Assembly: GCA_010093995.1 (NCBI GenBank)
Contig: ML992503.1
Location: 859,234 to 923,233 of the forward strand
Origin: Elsinoe ampelina
Taxonomy: Eukaryota
Length of the DNA: 64,000 bases
Direction of reading: 5' to 3'
Shown in pieces: positions 45,605-58,128 of this stretch. Under the pieces are notes generated by a model. The model made no database searches. It was not told where the DNA came from and was given only the letters and a program-made list of their open reading frames with translations. Position 1 is the stretch's first letter, and every line of letters starts with the position of its first letter. The translations under genes and the position numbers were made by a program.

Positions 45605-46791
45605 ATGGCCGAAGCATACAAGGCCCGCGCCATCGTCACCCGCAGCTCCCTTCACGACGATGGCTGGCAACTCGAAGACGTCTCCACCACCACAGACGTC
45701 CAGGACGACGAAGTAGTCGTCGAGATGGTCGCCTCAGGTACCACCTCCTCCCCAACCCCTCAGCCTCACTAACCCCCAAAGGCATCTGCCACACCGACAT
45801 CCTCATCGGCACCCTCCCCGCCGGCACTCCCATGACCCAATACCCCCGCATCATGGGCCACGAAGGCTCCGGCTACGTCCGCTACGCCGGCAAATCCGTC
45901 ACCTCCGTCTCCATCGGCGACCCGGTCCTCCTCTCCTACACCTTCTGCTCCACCTGCCACACCTGCCAGGCCTCTCACCCAAGCTACTGCGAACAATTCG
46001 TGCCGCTCAACTTCGGCGGCCGCCCCACCTTCACCGACGCCTCCGGCTCCCCCATCCCCGGCTCCTTCTTCGGCCAATCCTCCTTCGCGAGCTACTCCAT
46101 CGTGCGCGCGTCCTCGCTCGTCAACGCCTCCTCGCTCGTCTCCTCCCGCGACGACCTCGCCCTCTTCGCCCCGCTCGGGTGCGGCATCCAAACCGGCTCC
46201 GGCACCGTGGTCAACGCATCCGGCGCCACTCCCGCCTCGACCCTCGTCGTCACCGGCCTCGGAGGCGTGGGCCTCTCGGCCGTCATGGGCGCGCGCATCG
46301 TCGGCGCCCGCACCATCGTCGGCATCGACCGCGTGCCCATGCGTCTCGAGCTGGCGAGGACTCTCGGCGCGACTCACGTGGTGGACAGCTCCAAGCTACC
46401 GGAGGGTAAGTCTCTCAGCGACGTCGTGCGGGACATCTGCGACGGCGTGGGCCCGCATATCACGGTCGAAACGTCGGGCGCGCCGCCGCTCATCGAGGCG
46501 GCGGTGGATTTCACCCGGGCCAAGGGGAGTGTACTCCAGGTCGGGGCGGCGCCGCCCGGCTGGGAGTTGAAGCTGGAGGTGTTTAGCTATTTGACGCAGG
46601 GGAAGAGTTACAAGGGGGTCGTCGAGGGGGAGGCGAATCCGCCCGACTATGTGCCCAAGATGGTGCAGTGGTATAGGGAGGGGAGGTTCCCGGTGGATAA
46701 GTTGGTCAAGTTTATGAAGGCGGATGAGTTCAAGAGGGGGTTGCATGAGATGCATACGGGGGAGACGATTAAGCCGGTGATTTTGTGGTAG
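45605..46791 (+). CDS. Zinc-dependent medium-chain alcohol dehydrogenase (aryl-alcohol dehydrogenase-like), 2 exons
   Basis: EMVASG/ICHTD, GHEGSG, structural Zn motif CSTCHTCQASHPSYC, PLGCGIQTGSG, GLGGVG, IKPVILW. Intron at ~45738-45781. An alternative in-frame ATG lies at 45380. Confidence 0.92.
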
Positions 46792-46972
46792 GGTGGAGGA
46801 GAGGACATCTGAGGATGATGGAGTTGGGTAAGCCAGAGAGTGGGAAGGAGGCCCTTTTTTGAGATATCCATGCTAGATCAGATGTTGGTTTTGAATATTG
46901 TATATGAGCCTGTTCCTGTTCACATTGATTGCAATCGTGCATCTATGTGTCCTTCAACGCCGTCAGATGAGC

Positions 46973-49877
46973 TCAAGTGTAGACCTCCTCAGTCCATGCG
47001 TTCAAAGCCACACCCTCCTTGGCGATGTCTTCCTTGTCCAAGAACAAAAGCGGCATCTCCACCAGCGTCCCCCTCACCCTAGCCAGCACCTCCTTGACCT
47101 CCCGGGCTCCCTGCGCACCTGCACTAAACTCCTCGGAAACGACGTGTCCCCATTTCCACGTGCTTGGTCTCTCCGGCTGCCCGCCCTGCTCGCGGATCTT
47201 TTGCTCATCTGCCTTCTTTTCTTGCTCTTTACTATCTTCCTTGAGCACGGGGAAGAAGCGACCATAGTAATCGTCGTACTCCTTCCAGGTGCGAACCTTG
47301 TCCGTGGGCACAGGATGGAAGACCTTCTCAAAGGCCTGTGTGTTCTCATGAGCAGTATTGTTCCAGAGGGACGTGAACTCTTGGCCGAGCGGGTCTGCGA
47401 CCACGCGATCTTCGGGAGAGTTCCAGTCGTATTCGTTGACGGGGACACTGTTGACGGGCTGGAAATTGGGATCCCGGCCGTTCTTGTAGTCCTGTGGTGG
47501 GACAAGACCGAGGTGCTTGCGGAAGATGAAGCGACGGAGGGAAGCAGCGAATCTCGATGCTTGGTAAGGGCGACCGTCCATGGTACTGTCGACAGTCTCG
47601 GGATCCTCGATGCAGATCGCGATCTCACTGTCGTGAGTACCGAGTTGGGAGCGATCGTTGAGGTTGGCGGAGCCGCAAATGACGAGGCGGTCGTCGGCGA
47701 TGAGGAGCTTGGAGTGAACATATAACTCTTCGGAGACGAAGGAGTCGATCTCGGACTCTGGACTACCGCTCCAAGGGATATTGAGCACAGATTGTTGATT
47801 CAGCATGTAGGATGATGAGATGGTGTCGTATTGACCAGAAGCCAGACCATCATGAGAGCCAATATCTTGTGTGGCGGACTGGAACTGCTTGTAGTTCTGA
47901 ATATCATCTTGTGGGCGTCCATATGGCTCGTTGGATTGCTGCTGTGGATCACCACCATACCCAGCACCATAGCGCTGATCGTGTCCTCTACGGGCGTCAT
48001 CGTACGAGACCCCCGACTTCTGTTCAGCCTCCTTGAGAGCATCCGACGCATTGATCCGGTCGTAGTTACGAAGGTTGAAGAAGCGGATGTATCTCATGGG
48101 ATCAATGCCTTGCTTACTGAGTGACTCGTAGATGGAATAGCCGCCGCGGTTGATGGAAAAGTATTGGAATTCCATGATCGCTCGAGTGGAGATGGCATCG
48201 TCAGCCTTGAGATCGCCGGCAAAAGCAGGGACGGCGGGCATAATGACAATGATTTTGTAGTTCTCGTTGTTTTGGTGGGCACGGACAATACGCTCGACCA
48301 TTGCTGCGCCGATCTTGTTCTTGATTGGCTTTTGTTTGTCATCCGTGGCAGTGATGAAAAACTGGTTCTCGATGTAGACAAAGTGCTTGCTGTCACGAAT
48401 GGCGGTGATGTACGCATCCGCAATGCTGTGCTCGATTTTACCGCCATGAGACCACTTGCAGGCAGACCTCATGATCTGGCAAGGGGTGCTTCCCGGCATT
48501 CCCTTGTCAACACCCTGGAAGTATTGCTGCTTGAATTGGTCCGTCTGGTTGGCAAGTCTACCTCGTCCTTCCTCGTATTCCTGTCGTAAGCGTTGTCTTA
48601 GGTGGTACTCGCCACTCTCAGGCCTGTCATGACCGATGATGCCAATGTGACTAGCCTCGAACTCGATGGGCGCATGACGTTCAGTCTTCTTCCTGACATC
48701 GTACTTTTCTTCGTAGATGAAGTTCCAGCGTTGAGCAAAGTGTGCCTTGAGATCTTCGACCACGGGGCCGATGAGAGAAAGAGACACGTCAGACCAGCCC
48801 ATGCGAGAGTTGTACTTGCGGTCCAATTTGTTGTTCTGCCAGTTCACGACATCTTGGAAATCCATGATGCGAGCATTGTTGTAGTCCTGGCCGGGGAAGA
48901 CGATCTCGTTCAGATCGCCCGGATGTACATCGGCAATAGGGTGATTGTGTGTATCCCAGCGACCATAGCAGAGATCGAGACCGCCCATGAAAGCGAGATC
49001 GTTATCGACCACACACAGCTTCTCGTGATGAGCCCAATAGAGGACCGCATCATCGTTCATGCCGTAGATTGCCTTGAGAGCATCGCCAGGCATCTTGGAC
49101 GCAGTAGCTGCTGTCAAGTTGAGATTGGAAAAGGAAGACATGAAGTTTGAAGCCAGAACTTGCTTGTCCGGTAAATGGTCGGGGTGACGGAGCACAGTGA
49201 TGTTTGGATGCATATCCTCCAGTGCATGCTTGGTATGCGAAGAGGAGAGTGTGAGGGCTTGAGTGACCTCCTTATAGACGATGACTCTGACTTTGACGCC
49301 ACGCTCCGCAGCATTGCGAAGCATGCGGTCAAGCCGATATTGCTCGTTGAGTGCTGGCGGCCTCCTGAGGTAGACTTCTGGTGATAGCCACCAGTCCAAG
49401 ATCCAGACGGACTCACGGGCACGTTCCAAAGCAATGCTCACGGCGTAGAAATAGCTGCAGCCGTCGACATACCATTTGACCTGGTTGCCGGCTCGCTGGG
49501 GTGCGAAGGATTGGAAGCGATGGGCGCTACTAGAGTGAGAACCGTCCGAGCACTGTTCGACGCCATGGGTGTGCGTATGGGCGTCGTCCTGGTTGCTTAG
49601 CTTGGCATTGATACTGCGGCCGACATCATGCATGGCATAATTCATCTTATCCATGAAGCTGGCGGACTGGCCTTGTGGCTTGGGTGCAGCCTCTTCGCTC
49701 TGCGATTGGTTGCCGCCCTGGTCAATAGTCAATTGGGGAGGTTTCGATGAGTTCAGTTGGACTGACAGTGAACTTCTCAGCCGACTGCTTCATCTTTCCC
49801 ATCATGTCACCGAACATGCCACGGTCTTGTTTCTCACCGCCATCACCTTTGTCTCCGCCCGAGCCAAATTTGAACAT
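46973..49877 (-). CDS. Phospholipase D (two HKD motifs, no evident PX/PH domains), 2 exons
   Basis: KWYVDG, DWWLSPE, WAHHEKLCVVD...GGLDLCYGRWD, YIENQFF, YVHSKLLIADD...GSANLNDRSQ. Exon 1 from ATG 49877 (MFKFGSGG...EKFT), intron at ~49718-49766. Confidence 0.95.
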
Positions 49878-50387
49878 GATCGCGGCACTGCTGTGGCTCT
49901 AAGTCGGTCAATTGATGTCAACTGAGTATGGTGTTGACTGTCTGAACCAGTATGGAATGGTCTTTAGGGACGAGGAGCTGTCTTCCGAGCTAGGCGGCCA
50001 CTGGCGCTTAGTGCCCAGCTGAAGCCGTAGTTGGTTTTGAGCTTGAAATGGATAAGCCGGATAGCTAACACCGATGGGAATTAGCTCCGGGGAGATGCAA
50101 ATGTGGGAATGGAATGGAAGAAGTCTAGATCAGGAACCGGAGAGAAGGGTGACCACGAGTCGGGGGGTCAAGGAGAGAGTGGAGCTTTGACATGACGTTG
50201 CGTGGGCGATGATCAGAGATGAGGGGCTACTCTTACTGTACCCTCAGAGTCCCCACTTGACGATAGCCAACAGCTGCAAATCACTCGTCATAGTGTGATA
50301 GATTTGACAAATTCCTAGAGATCGCCCTCGTCTGTACGGAGGCTCATTTTGTATATGATCCGGTGTCGGTCCTTGTTCCAACAAACA

Positions 50388-51096
50388 ATGTCTACCCTTC
50401 GACTTTCCGCCCGAGTTGCTCGACCTCTTGCCTTTCGCACAGCACACGTGACATCGCTCAGAACATTTACCAGCACCGCTTTGAGAATGGCGCCCCAGCA
50501 AGGAACCTCATCTGGTCACCCAATTGCGACTCTCGAGGTAAGAACTGGACCAGACGGTTGGAACTGACAAAGCTGACACGAGTCACAGTCGTCCATCATT
50601 CCTCGCCTGCCCGAGTCGTCTCCCACCCTTTTCGAGGCAAAGGCGAAGAAGAACTTGTCTTTCGAGACCATTGGCAACGAGATTGGTCGCAATGAGGTTG
50701 CAGTAGCCTCGCTCTTCTATGGCCAGTCCAAAGCCTCCCCAGAAGACGTTGAGAAGCTCTCCAAGCTGCTTGATATCGACCATGCCTTGCTCTCCAAACA
50801 ACTCGCAGGCTGGCCAGACCGAGGACACGCTTTGGAAATGCCACCCAAAGAGCCATTGATTTACAGATTGTACGAGATCGTTCAGAACTACGGTCCGGCC
50901 TTCAAGGCTGTAATGAACGAAAAGTTCGGAGACGGAATCATGAGCGCCATTTCCTTCAGCACAAAGGTTGAGAAAGAGACTGATGACAAGGGAGAGTGGT
51001 GCAAGATCACCCTCAGGGGCAAGTGGTATGTCGCTTCATATAACCTTCTTTCGCGCCCCTTCTGACCTCCGCAGGCTACCATACACCCGCTTCTAG
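50388..51096 (+). CDS. CYN1: Cyanate hydratase (cyanase), 3 exons
   Basis: [71 protein letters not shown]. In-frame ATGs at 50355, 50388 and 50487. Confidence 0.96.
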
Positions 51097-51373
51097 ACAG
51101 TGTAAAGATATTGGAATGAATGTACATATCCGACATGGTCGATGTGGGAATTTGACATGTGATAGCCACGTCATTGCGGGCCCACGCGTCTGTTGTGTTG
51201 CTGCCACGTAGTTTAGCGCGTTTCTGATATTGATCTTTTCTGCCGCAGATACGAGTTCGCCACATTCCCACCACCAACACAACCAGCACGTGCGATCAGC
51301 AGCAGATCACCTACCTGCAGCAAGGCGAGTAAGGACTCCAGATCTACACAGACGATACTAATGGTTCCTCAGC

Positions 51374-51979
51374 ATGGGTAGCTCCTCGTCCCGACCGTCC
51401 TCATCTGGCTCGGCCACCAAACCTCTCAAGCTCGACCAGCCCTTCGCGACTTACGAAGGCATGCCTCGCAGTCCGGCGTCGCCCCAGCTCACCTGCTCCG
51501 TAGAGTCGCCGCAATCATTCCAGTCATACAACACCAGCAATACACCTGCGCTTGCTGGTCCGCCCTATGGCCACGCTCGCCTCCACACCGAGACTGAGGA
51601 GTACGGCATCTCCCTCCCCTTCAAGCGCCAGCACGTCCGTCAACTCTCCGAGCTCATCGATCCGACTAAGCTCTGTGTCGACGACGACTATGTCAAGAGC
51701 CCATCTGGCAACCTTCTTGGCCATGCCGATTTCTGCGCCCGCGAAGATCGGCCCTTGAGCCTGCGCGAACGCCAGGAACGTATCCGCCAGCAAATGAACA
51801 ACCGCAGCCAGAACAGCGCCTATGCGGTTAGCGGCATCAGCTCTACCAAATCCTCCCCAACAGAGAGCGGCTTTGGCATGTACGACATTCCCGAAGAGAA
51901 CTCGTCGTCCATGCTCGGCGAAAAACAGTCGTCCAGAAAGCGGACAAAGGGGAAGAAGGCCGGCTGTTGGTGTTTCTGA
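51374..51979 (+). CDS. Hypothetical 201 aa protein with putative N- and C-terminal lipidation signals
   Basis: Clean ORF with coding-like codon usage; starts MGSSSS, contains DRPLSLRERQERIR, ends RKRTKGKKAGCWCF. Confidence 0.7.
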   Translation: MGSSSSRPSSSGSATKPLKLDQPFATYEGMPRSPASPQLTCSVESPQSFQSYNTSNTPALAGPPYGHARLHTETEEYGISLPFKRQHVRQLSELIDPTKLCVDDDYVKSPSGNLLGHADFCAREDRPLSLRERQERIRQQMNNRSQNSAYAVSGISSTKSSPTESGFGMYDIPEENSSSMLGEKQSSRKRTKGKKAGCWCF

Positions 51980-52687
51980 GCAGTACTGTCGCCTGTGATT
52001 TGGTTTTGACCAACGGAAGCGAATTGAAGCATTGTCAGGTGTCTATGAAGGGAACGAAATTGGTGTTCGGAGCGAGGCGTCGGGAACTGTATATCATCTT
52101 GGTGGCCAGGCATGGAGCAATCATGATCACCAGGTTGAGTCGAATGATCGTGAGCATAGCACGGGACTGTAAATTGAGCCAAAATGAATGATTTCTGCCT
52201 CATCCATGGCTAGTAGCTTCTCGTCAGCCACTAGTCAGTCTGGAAATCATTGTCGTCGGTATCGTCTGTATCGCCATTGCTCTCCGGACTGGCCCCTGTC
52301 TCAAAGACAAGGGTCTACACTGGTAAAAGTGACAGTCACATCGAGCTCAGAGTCATCATTGCCAAAGTCACTCTGACGGACTTGCCACGTGGTTCTACCT
52401 GCGGTTGCCTCACACTATCCGCACATCGGCTTGTGGATTGCTACCCAATCCGAACGAACCTTCTCCAACAGCTCTCCAGCACCATCTCCACCACAATCCT
52501 TGACTCACCTCAGTCTCTTCACCGTTCGCAAATATCATCTCTCCCACCGAACAAGTTCTTCATCCCTTCTGTGGATAAATCTCTCACAATCACTCACCTC
52601 AACCTGAAGAAGGTCGCTCGACACTCATTCATATCAGAACTTGCTCTGATCACCTTCGCTTCAACATTACAGCACGCGCACAACAAA

Positions 52688-54431
52688 ATGTCATCGAACG
52701 ATACCACCGCCATGCAGCAACTCCCGGTCAAGTGCACACTCAAACGCTGCGGAAAGATGTTTGCTACCGAGAAGGAGATGAAGTCTCACAAATATCACGA
52801 CCCCGATCATTACTACTGTAGAAAATGCGATTATGATGCGAAGGACTGGGATGACATGCTTGACCACAAGGTTGCATCCATGGCTCCCTTCATTATTGGT
52901 GAGAAGCGTCACGACAAGTACAAAAAGATGAAGCACCTTTGCTGCGAGTACTGCGGCGAGGACTTCAAGAGCATGGAGGGACGAATGGATCATCGTCGTG
53001 AGGTGAGTGGTATGGTTCGATCGCAGCATCCCATTGCTGACGGTCATCCAGGCACACCAGGCAGCCCAGTACATCCAGTGTCAGGGCTGTGGACCTGTTT
53101 TCGACGAAGAGACTCAGCAGATTGTGACTGCTACTTGCACTGCAGTCTTCATGCGTCCAAGTCACCTGATCGAACACTTCGAAAAGGGAAAGTGTCGCTT
53201 CATCACTGCTGACGAATTCCATGCCGAAAGACAGCACAAGCATATCATCAAGCAAATTCTTGCTGACGCTGATGTCTTCTCCGGCATTATCAGCGCGAGC
53301 AAGGCAATGGTCCACAACAGCGAGTGGGACGATAACGACTCAAGTATCAATGATGCTGCTTCCAACGGGGGCGTCGGTTTGCTCGACGACGACAGTAGCT
53401 CTGCAGAAGCTGATGCCTACGAAACGCTTGTCCCGAGACTGGAGCGGCAGAATCTCATGGATCAGGACATTAACGACCCAACTAATCCAGCCAAGCTTCA
53501 TACCATGAACTACACGGCGTGGCCTCTTCCTGGTGCCCAGGCCCTTCCACGTAGCATGTTCAAGCGTGCGAGCACCAAATCCACCAATTCCCAAGCTGAA
53601 ATAGCTGCCGAAGCTGGGAGTCCCCCTCCGCTTGTCGATAATGACGCCAGGTCCGATAGCGGTAGTGAACATTCTGCGAGCACAGTCCGCGACCAGACTG
53701 ACACCAACAACCCCTCTCGCGCTGTCTCTATCGCACCAAGCCAGGCGAGTCTTGCAAGCTACATCTCGGATCTCCACATGGAACCCGTTAGCATCGACTG
53801 GGCTGCTGTCGCTCGTACTCGCGCCATCAATGCCTCCCTCGCCAACAACAACACGTCGACTCTCAACAGCTCCAACCTCTTCACTGCTCGCTGGTACGAC
53901 CCCTCTTCACCTAGCTACAACCCGGATCTCTTTTGGCACACTATTCTCGAAGTCTACAAGTGTCCCTTTGCTTCTTGCGGCACTGAGCTCGAATCTCAAA
54001 GCGAGATGGAGTCCCACCTGCGCCACAACCACGTCATCTCCAAGAATAAATGTCCCACCTGCTTCAAAGAGTTTCATCAGGTGTCTGGGCTGGTCAGGCA
54101 CTTTGAAGCTTCCGTCAGAGGAAGCAGGTGCTGGATCGCCGGCACGAGACAGTTCGCTCAGGTGTTGTGCGAGGTTACCGGTGGCTTCCTCGACGCATTT
54201 GATGTGAGCAAGAAGAGTGGAGAGAACCAGCTCGCAGGTTACGTCAAGACTCGCGAAGGAGTGGTCAAGGTCGAAGGCCAAGTGGGAGCGCAGGGTATAG
54301 TAACGAAGCGTTTCGAAGGAACGAGGCCAGAGGGACTGGAGGGAAGGAAGTTGGAGGAGAAGGGGTTGGCTGGGGAAAATGAGTGGAGGAAGATCAGAGG
54401 GAGTAGGGTGCATGAAGGATGGATCTCTTGA
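52688..54431 (+). CDS. C2H2-type zinc-finger protein (2 exons)
   Basis: CTLKRCGKMF...HKYH, CRKCDYD...H, CEYCGEDF...H; intron at ~53003-53051; C-terminal CPFASC...HLRHNH and CPTCFKEF...LVRHFE. Confidence 0.85.
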
Positions 54432-54882
54432 GTCACAGGTGATACTGAGACGGGAGCACAGCACCTTGCAGACGATGACACGGCGTATGGTGATCCAGAG
54501 CAAGGCTAACCCGGGCTACAGCTCAACGTGAGTATGATAGCATGAGAGACGGGTATAGTCAATGACAGCAGGCTTCACAATCGGTCAGAGAGAACGTGCG
54601 ACGGAGTCGATAGCGTCGATAGCAGACAGTCAGAGAGTGCAGTCCAAGTAGAATCCAATAGTGATTTCATTCAAGGACCGCGCGTGCAGCCCAGAACCCA
54701 GCTTTTTTTTTGCCCCATCTATACCGTACAGATCCCAAGGCCTCGTACATCCAGAAACGCCCCCTGACAAGGATTCATACACGCCAAAAACCCCTAGCCG
54801 CCTGGAGCGTCGAATCAATCCATCTCGGATTCTACCCAAAAAGGTCCCCACCACCCACAACCCTTCCCCTTGCCATAACACC

Positions 54883-57800
54883 TCACGTCCTTCCAATCTC
54901 CACACTCCCCCTCACACTCCCGCCCCCCTCACTGCTCCCTCCCCTCGAACCACCCTCCTCAATACTCAACCGACTGACCTGACTAACCCAGCTATTCCCC
55001 CTCAGCAGACCCTTCCCCCCTCTCCCTCCCTCTCCATTCACGGGCCTCAATCCCAGCCCGGCGCCCAGGCCCGTATCCCCTGGAATCCACTCCCCGTCAG
55101 CCCCCTCGAGAGCATCGTGCCATTCCTCCCCCTCCCCTTCCCTGCCCCTGTCCCTGTCACTGCCCCTGTCCCTGTCCCTGTCCCGTTCTTTGTCCCTGTC
55201 GCTCTGCCTCTCCATCCTCTCCTCCGCCCTCTCCCTCTCCTCCCTCTCCTCCGCCCTCTCCCTCTCCTCCCTCTCCTCCGCCCTCTCCCTCTCCTCCCGT
55301 CGCCGCAGCTCAAAAGCCTGCTTCGCTCTCTGCGCTTTGATCTTCGCCAGGCCCACGTTCCAGAAGAGGTTGCTCTGCTCGCCTTGGAGCATCAGCGGGT
55401 TGGTCTCGGTTGCTTGGGCTGTAGCGGGGAGGGAAGCGGAGGTGGTGGGTGCGGGAGGGGAGAGGTTCTCGGAGCTGGAGGAGGAGGAGGAGGAGGAGGA
55501 GGAGGAGGAGGAGCGGGGGGTGGCGTGGGCTGAGTCGCGGGCGGGTTTGGGGGAGGGGGGCTTGGTGTGGGGAACGGGGTTGGTGGTGGTTGGAATGGAT
55601 GGTGAGGGGTGGGTGGCTTCCTTTTTGGAGTTGGGGAGGGCAGGAGATGTGATCTTGGCTAGAGAGGGGAGGGAGGTCTTCTTGGTCGTCACCGAGGCAA
55701 AGGCTGCGGGCCCGGAGCCGACGCGTTGGGCGCCCATCCTGGGTGCGGCGGGGTCGATTTTGGTCATTTTGAGACTATCGGAGCTGAGTAGGGCGGGACT
55801 TTGGTGGATGGGCGTGGAGGCGCCGCTGCTGACAAAGCTGTCTGTTGGTGTTTTGGTGCCGCTGCGTGGGAGGTCTTTGCTTTGGCGGGCGAATGACTGA
55901 GGACCGGAGACGCTGCGTGGGAGCTGGCCTGACTTGCGCGGGGAGATTGAACGGGTGGAGTGTTTGGAGGAGATGGATCCGGCACGCATCGATGGGGCCG
56001 TGGTGACAGTCTGTCGCCAGGAGAGGATCCGGTCGGAAGGAGCTTGGGTCGAGGTGCTGTCACGACCTGAGCGTAGGGAGCGATTGGAAGACTTGGTCTT
56101 TATGCTGTTCGGTCGAGAGGAGAGGGACGTGCATGTCCGGGTTAGGCGGGCACGGTGACGGTATGCACAGTCTTGACGGAAGACTTTGATAGCGCCTGTC
56201 ACGGAGCAAGTGATGATGATATTGCCGCCAGGATGAGTTGCCTTGGATAGAGATGGAGTGGTGGGAGTTGATGATTGACGGTGAAGAGGCGCGGAAGTAG
56301 CATCCCCAATGTCAGTGGGCGGTCGCGAGGACGACTGAGATGGGCTACGCTGCTCGCGTGTCGCAGGTAAAGATGGATTGCAGAGATCATAGATAGGATC
56401 GCAGGATTTCGAAAGCAAATACCTGGACTTGGTGGGAGCAAAGCGGACGCAGGTAACAACCGAGTTATGCGCCTGAAAGTGTTCCAATGGTCGTCGAGTG
56501 GGATCTTCGTGATCCTCGAAATCCAATGGCCATATGTATGCTCGACTGTCCTCGGAACCGCAGCAGATATACTTTTGGTCATCAGAGATGGAGCCTCGGA
56601 GTTGCGATGAATTGTTCTCGCAGCCTTTGAACTTCATCTCCACTGACTTGTCGCGAAAGTTGTAAAGACGTAATCGGGAGTCGTTCGTGGTAACGAGCAG
56701 TTTGATGTCGCCGCTCGCCGAGTTGAGAGGGTGCTGAAACGCTTGTATGCCAGTGATCTTGCTGCCATTGGAGTGTCTCCCGTGCGCTGACTTGGCCCTG
56801 ATCTGCGTTTGGTATCTCAATCCCTCGGTCTCGTAGAATGTAAGCAGACCATTCGAACTGCCAGCCACAACGGTCTTTCCATCAGGTGTGAAGGACACGG
56901 CGGTGACCATCTCTGGTGTCTGATGCCAATACGTCACGTGCTTCTCGGGAATCGACCACATCCTGATCTTGCAGTCCAACGACCCTGCGAGGAAGAATCT
57001 GTCATCCTTGGGATGGAAAGAAACGGACGGGACAAAATCAGAGTGTTTGAAAGTACACAAGCACTCATTTCGCGAGACGTGCCATAGTCTGACGGTCTTG
57101 TCCATTGACGAAGAGAGAAGGAAATTGTTCTTGCTCCAACTAAGATCCAAGATTGTTGCCGAATGACCTTTGTACTCCTTGATAGGTTTGCTCTTGAACA
57201 CTTGAGCCGTTAGGCTGAGTGGATGCGGCATTGATTCAAGTGATGATCCAGAATTGCGGCGAATTTCTGCCTGTCGCTCTTCCGGTGTGGTCAAGACTGC
57301 CCAGACTCGAATCACTTTGTCGTGTCCTGCAGTAGCAAGATACTTGCCATCTTTGCTGAACTCGGCGGCCCACACGGTAGGTGGCTCTGGAATGGAAGAT
57401 TTGCGTCTCACAGTAGGGGGTGGCTTCTCCGAGACACCCGTGTTGAGCTCCTGCGCCAGGAAGAGAGTATCGAACTGCTTCCTCTTGGTGTGTCGAGTGC
57501 GGATACGAATGTAATCGGGTGCCTGCGGCTGGGCCGGGTTGAACTCTGCGTCATTTGTGATGGGTGAGAAGATCTCGGCATCATGCCCCTCAGGCCTGCT
57601 CTCTGCTATCGATGCATCGTCTCTTGCTAACTCGTGATGCTCCTTCTTTTTCCCAATTATACGACTCAGAAACGAGACGCCCTTCTCTTTGCTCTTGATC
57701 TGCCTTGTAGATCCTGTGTCTGTTCTAGGAGGGGGGCCTGGCGACCGTGCGGTCCTTGGTCGTTCGGACTCAGCGATTGAATGTGTAGTATCGTTCGAGT

Positions 57801-58128
57801 TCTGCCTCGTTGCTTGTGGAGCCTCCCCGGTGCGATTGAAGATCTGCTGTGAAAGAGGATCGACCGTAACGGTCATTTCCAATTGCGCGCCATTGCTCTC
57901 CTTGCTCTGCGGCGCATTGGCGACATTGTTGGACAGCACGCGGAACACCTTGTTCGCGGCCGCGCTGGGGGATGTCGGTCGTGAACTGTCTTTCCTCGAG
58001 GCCGGAGAGGTCGGCCGGCGAAACTCTCCATCCCATTGACTGCCAGACTTTGCCGGAGATAGAGGATATGATGGCATTACATCCTTTCGCGTGGGATCCG
58101 TGACCCAGATAGCAGGTAGCGGATCCAT
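54883..58128 (-). CDS. WD40-repeat protein, WDR44 / yeast Dgr2-Ymr102c-like
   Basis: LFLAQEL, FSKDGKYLATAG, GHSATILDLSWSKNNFLLSSSMDKTVRLWH, FHPKDDRFFLAGSLDCKIRMWSI, TTNDSRLRLYN. Confidence 0.92.
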   Translation of the reverse strand: MDPLPAIWVTDPTRKDVMPSYPLSPAKSGSQWDGEFRRPTSPASRKDSSRPTSPSAAANKVFRVLSNNVANAPQSKESNGAQLEMTVTVDPLSQQIFNRTGEAPQATRQNSNDTTHSIAESERPRTARSPGPPPRTDTGSTRQIKSKEKGVSFLSRIIGKKKEHHELARDDASIAESRPEGHDAEIFSPITNDAEFNPAQPQAPDYIRIRTRHTKRKQFDTLFLAQELNTGVSEKPPPTVRRKSSIPEPPTVWAAEFSKDGKYLATAGHDKVIRVWAVLTTPEERQAEIRRNSGSSLESMPHPLSLTAQVFKSKPIKEYKGHSATILDLSWSKNNFLLSSSMDKTVRLWHVSRNECLCTFKHSDFVPSVSFHPKDDRFFLAGSLDCKIRMWSIPEKHVTYWHQTPEMVTAVSFTPDGKTVVAGSSNGLLTFYETEGLRYQTQIRAKSAHGRHSNGSKITGIQAFQHPLNSASGDIKLLVTTNDSRLRLYNFRDKSVEMKFKGCENNSSQLRGSISDDQKYICCGSEDSRAYIWPLDFEDHEDPTRRPLEHFQAHNSVVTCVRFAPTKSRYLLSKSCDPIYDLCNPSLPATREQRSPSQSSSRPPTDIGDATSAPLHRQSSTPTTPSLSKATHPGGNIIITCSVTGAIKVFRQDCAYRHRARLTRTCTSLSSRPNSIKTKSSNRSLRSGRDSTSTQAPSDRILSWRQTVTTAPSMRAGSISSKHSTRSISPRKSGQLPRSVSGPQSFARQSKDLPRSGTKTPTDSFVSSGASTPIHQSPALLSSDSLKMTKIDPAAPRMGAQRVGSGPAAFASVTTKKTSLPSLAKITSPALPNSKKEATHPSPSIPTTTNPVPHTKPPSPKPARDSAHATPRSSSSSSSSSSSSSSENLSPPAPTTSASLPATAQATETNPLMLQGEQSNLFWNVGLAKIKAQRAKQAFELRRREERERAEEREERERAEEREERERAEERMERQSDRDKERDRDRDRGSDRDRGREGEGEEWHDALEGADGEWIPGDTGLGAGLGLRPVNGEGGRGGKGLLRGNSWVSQVSRLSIEEGGSRGGSSEGGGSVRGSVEIGRT
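55216..55296. repeat. 27-bp coding minisatellite, 3 copies (EERERAEER)
   Basis: Three exact copies of cctctcctccgccctctccctctcctc within the WD40 gene tail. Confidence 0.85.
55477..55512. repeat. (GGA)12 microsatellite encoding poly-Ser on the minus strand
   Basis: Direct reading of the sequence. Confidence 0.9.

Noticed and set aside
45605..54431. Dehydrogenase, PLD, cyanase and C2H2 genes as a metabolic gene cluster
   Set aside because: No backbone enzyme, no carbonic anhydrase beside the cyanase, and no shared pathway.
54661..55533. 290 aa + strand ORF with Pro/Leu repeats and poly-Gly
   Set aside because: Antisense reading of the repeats in the WD40 gene tail.
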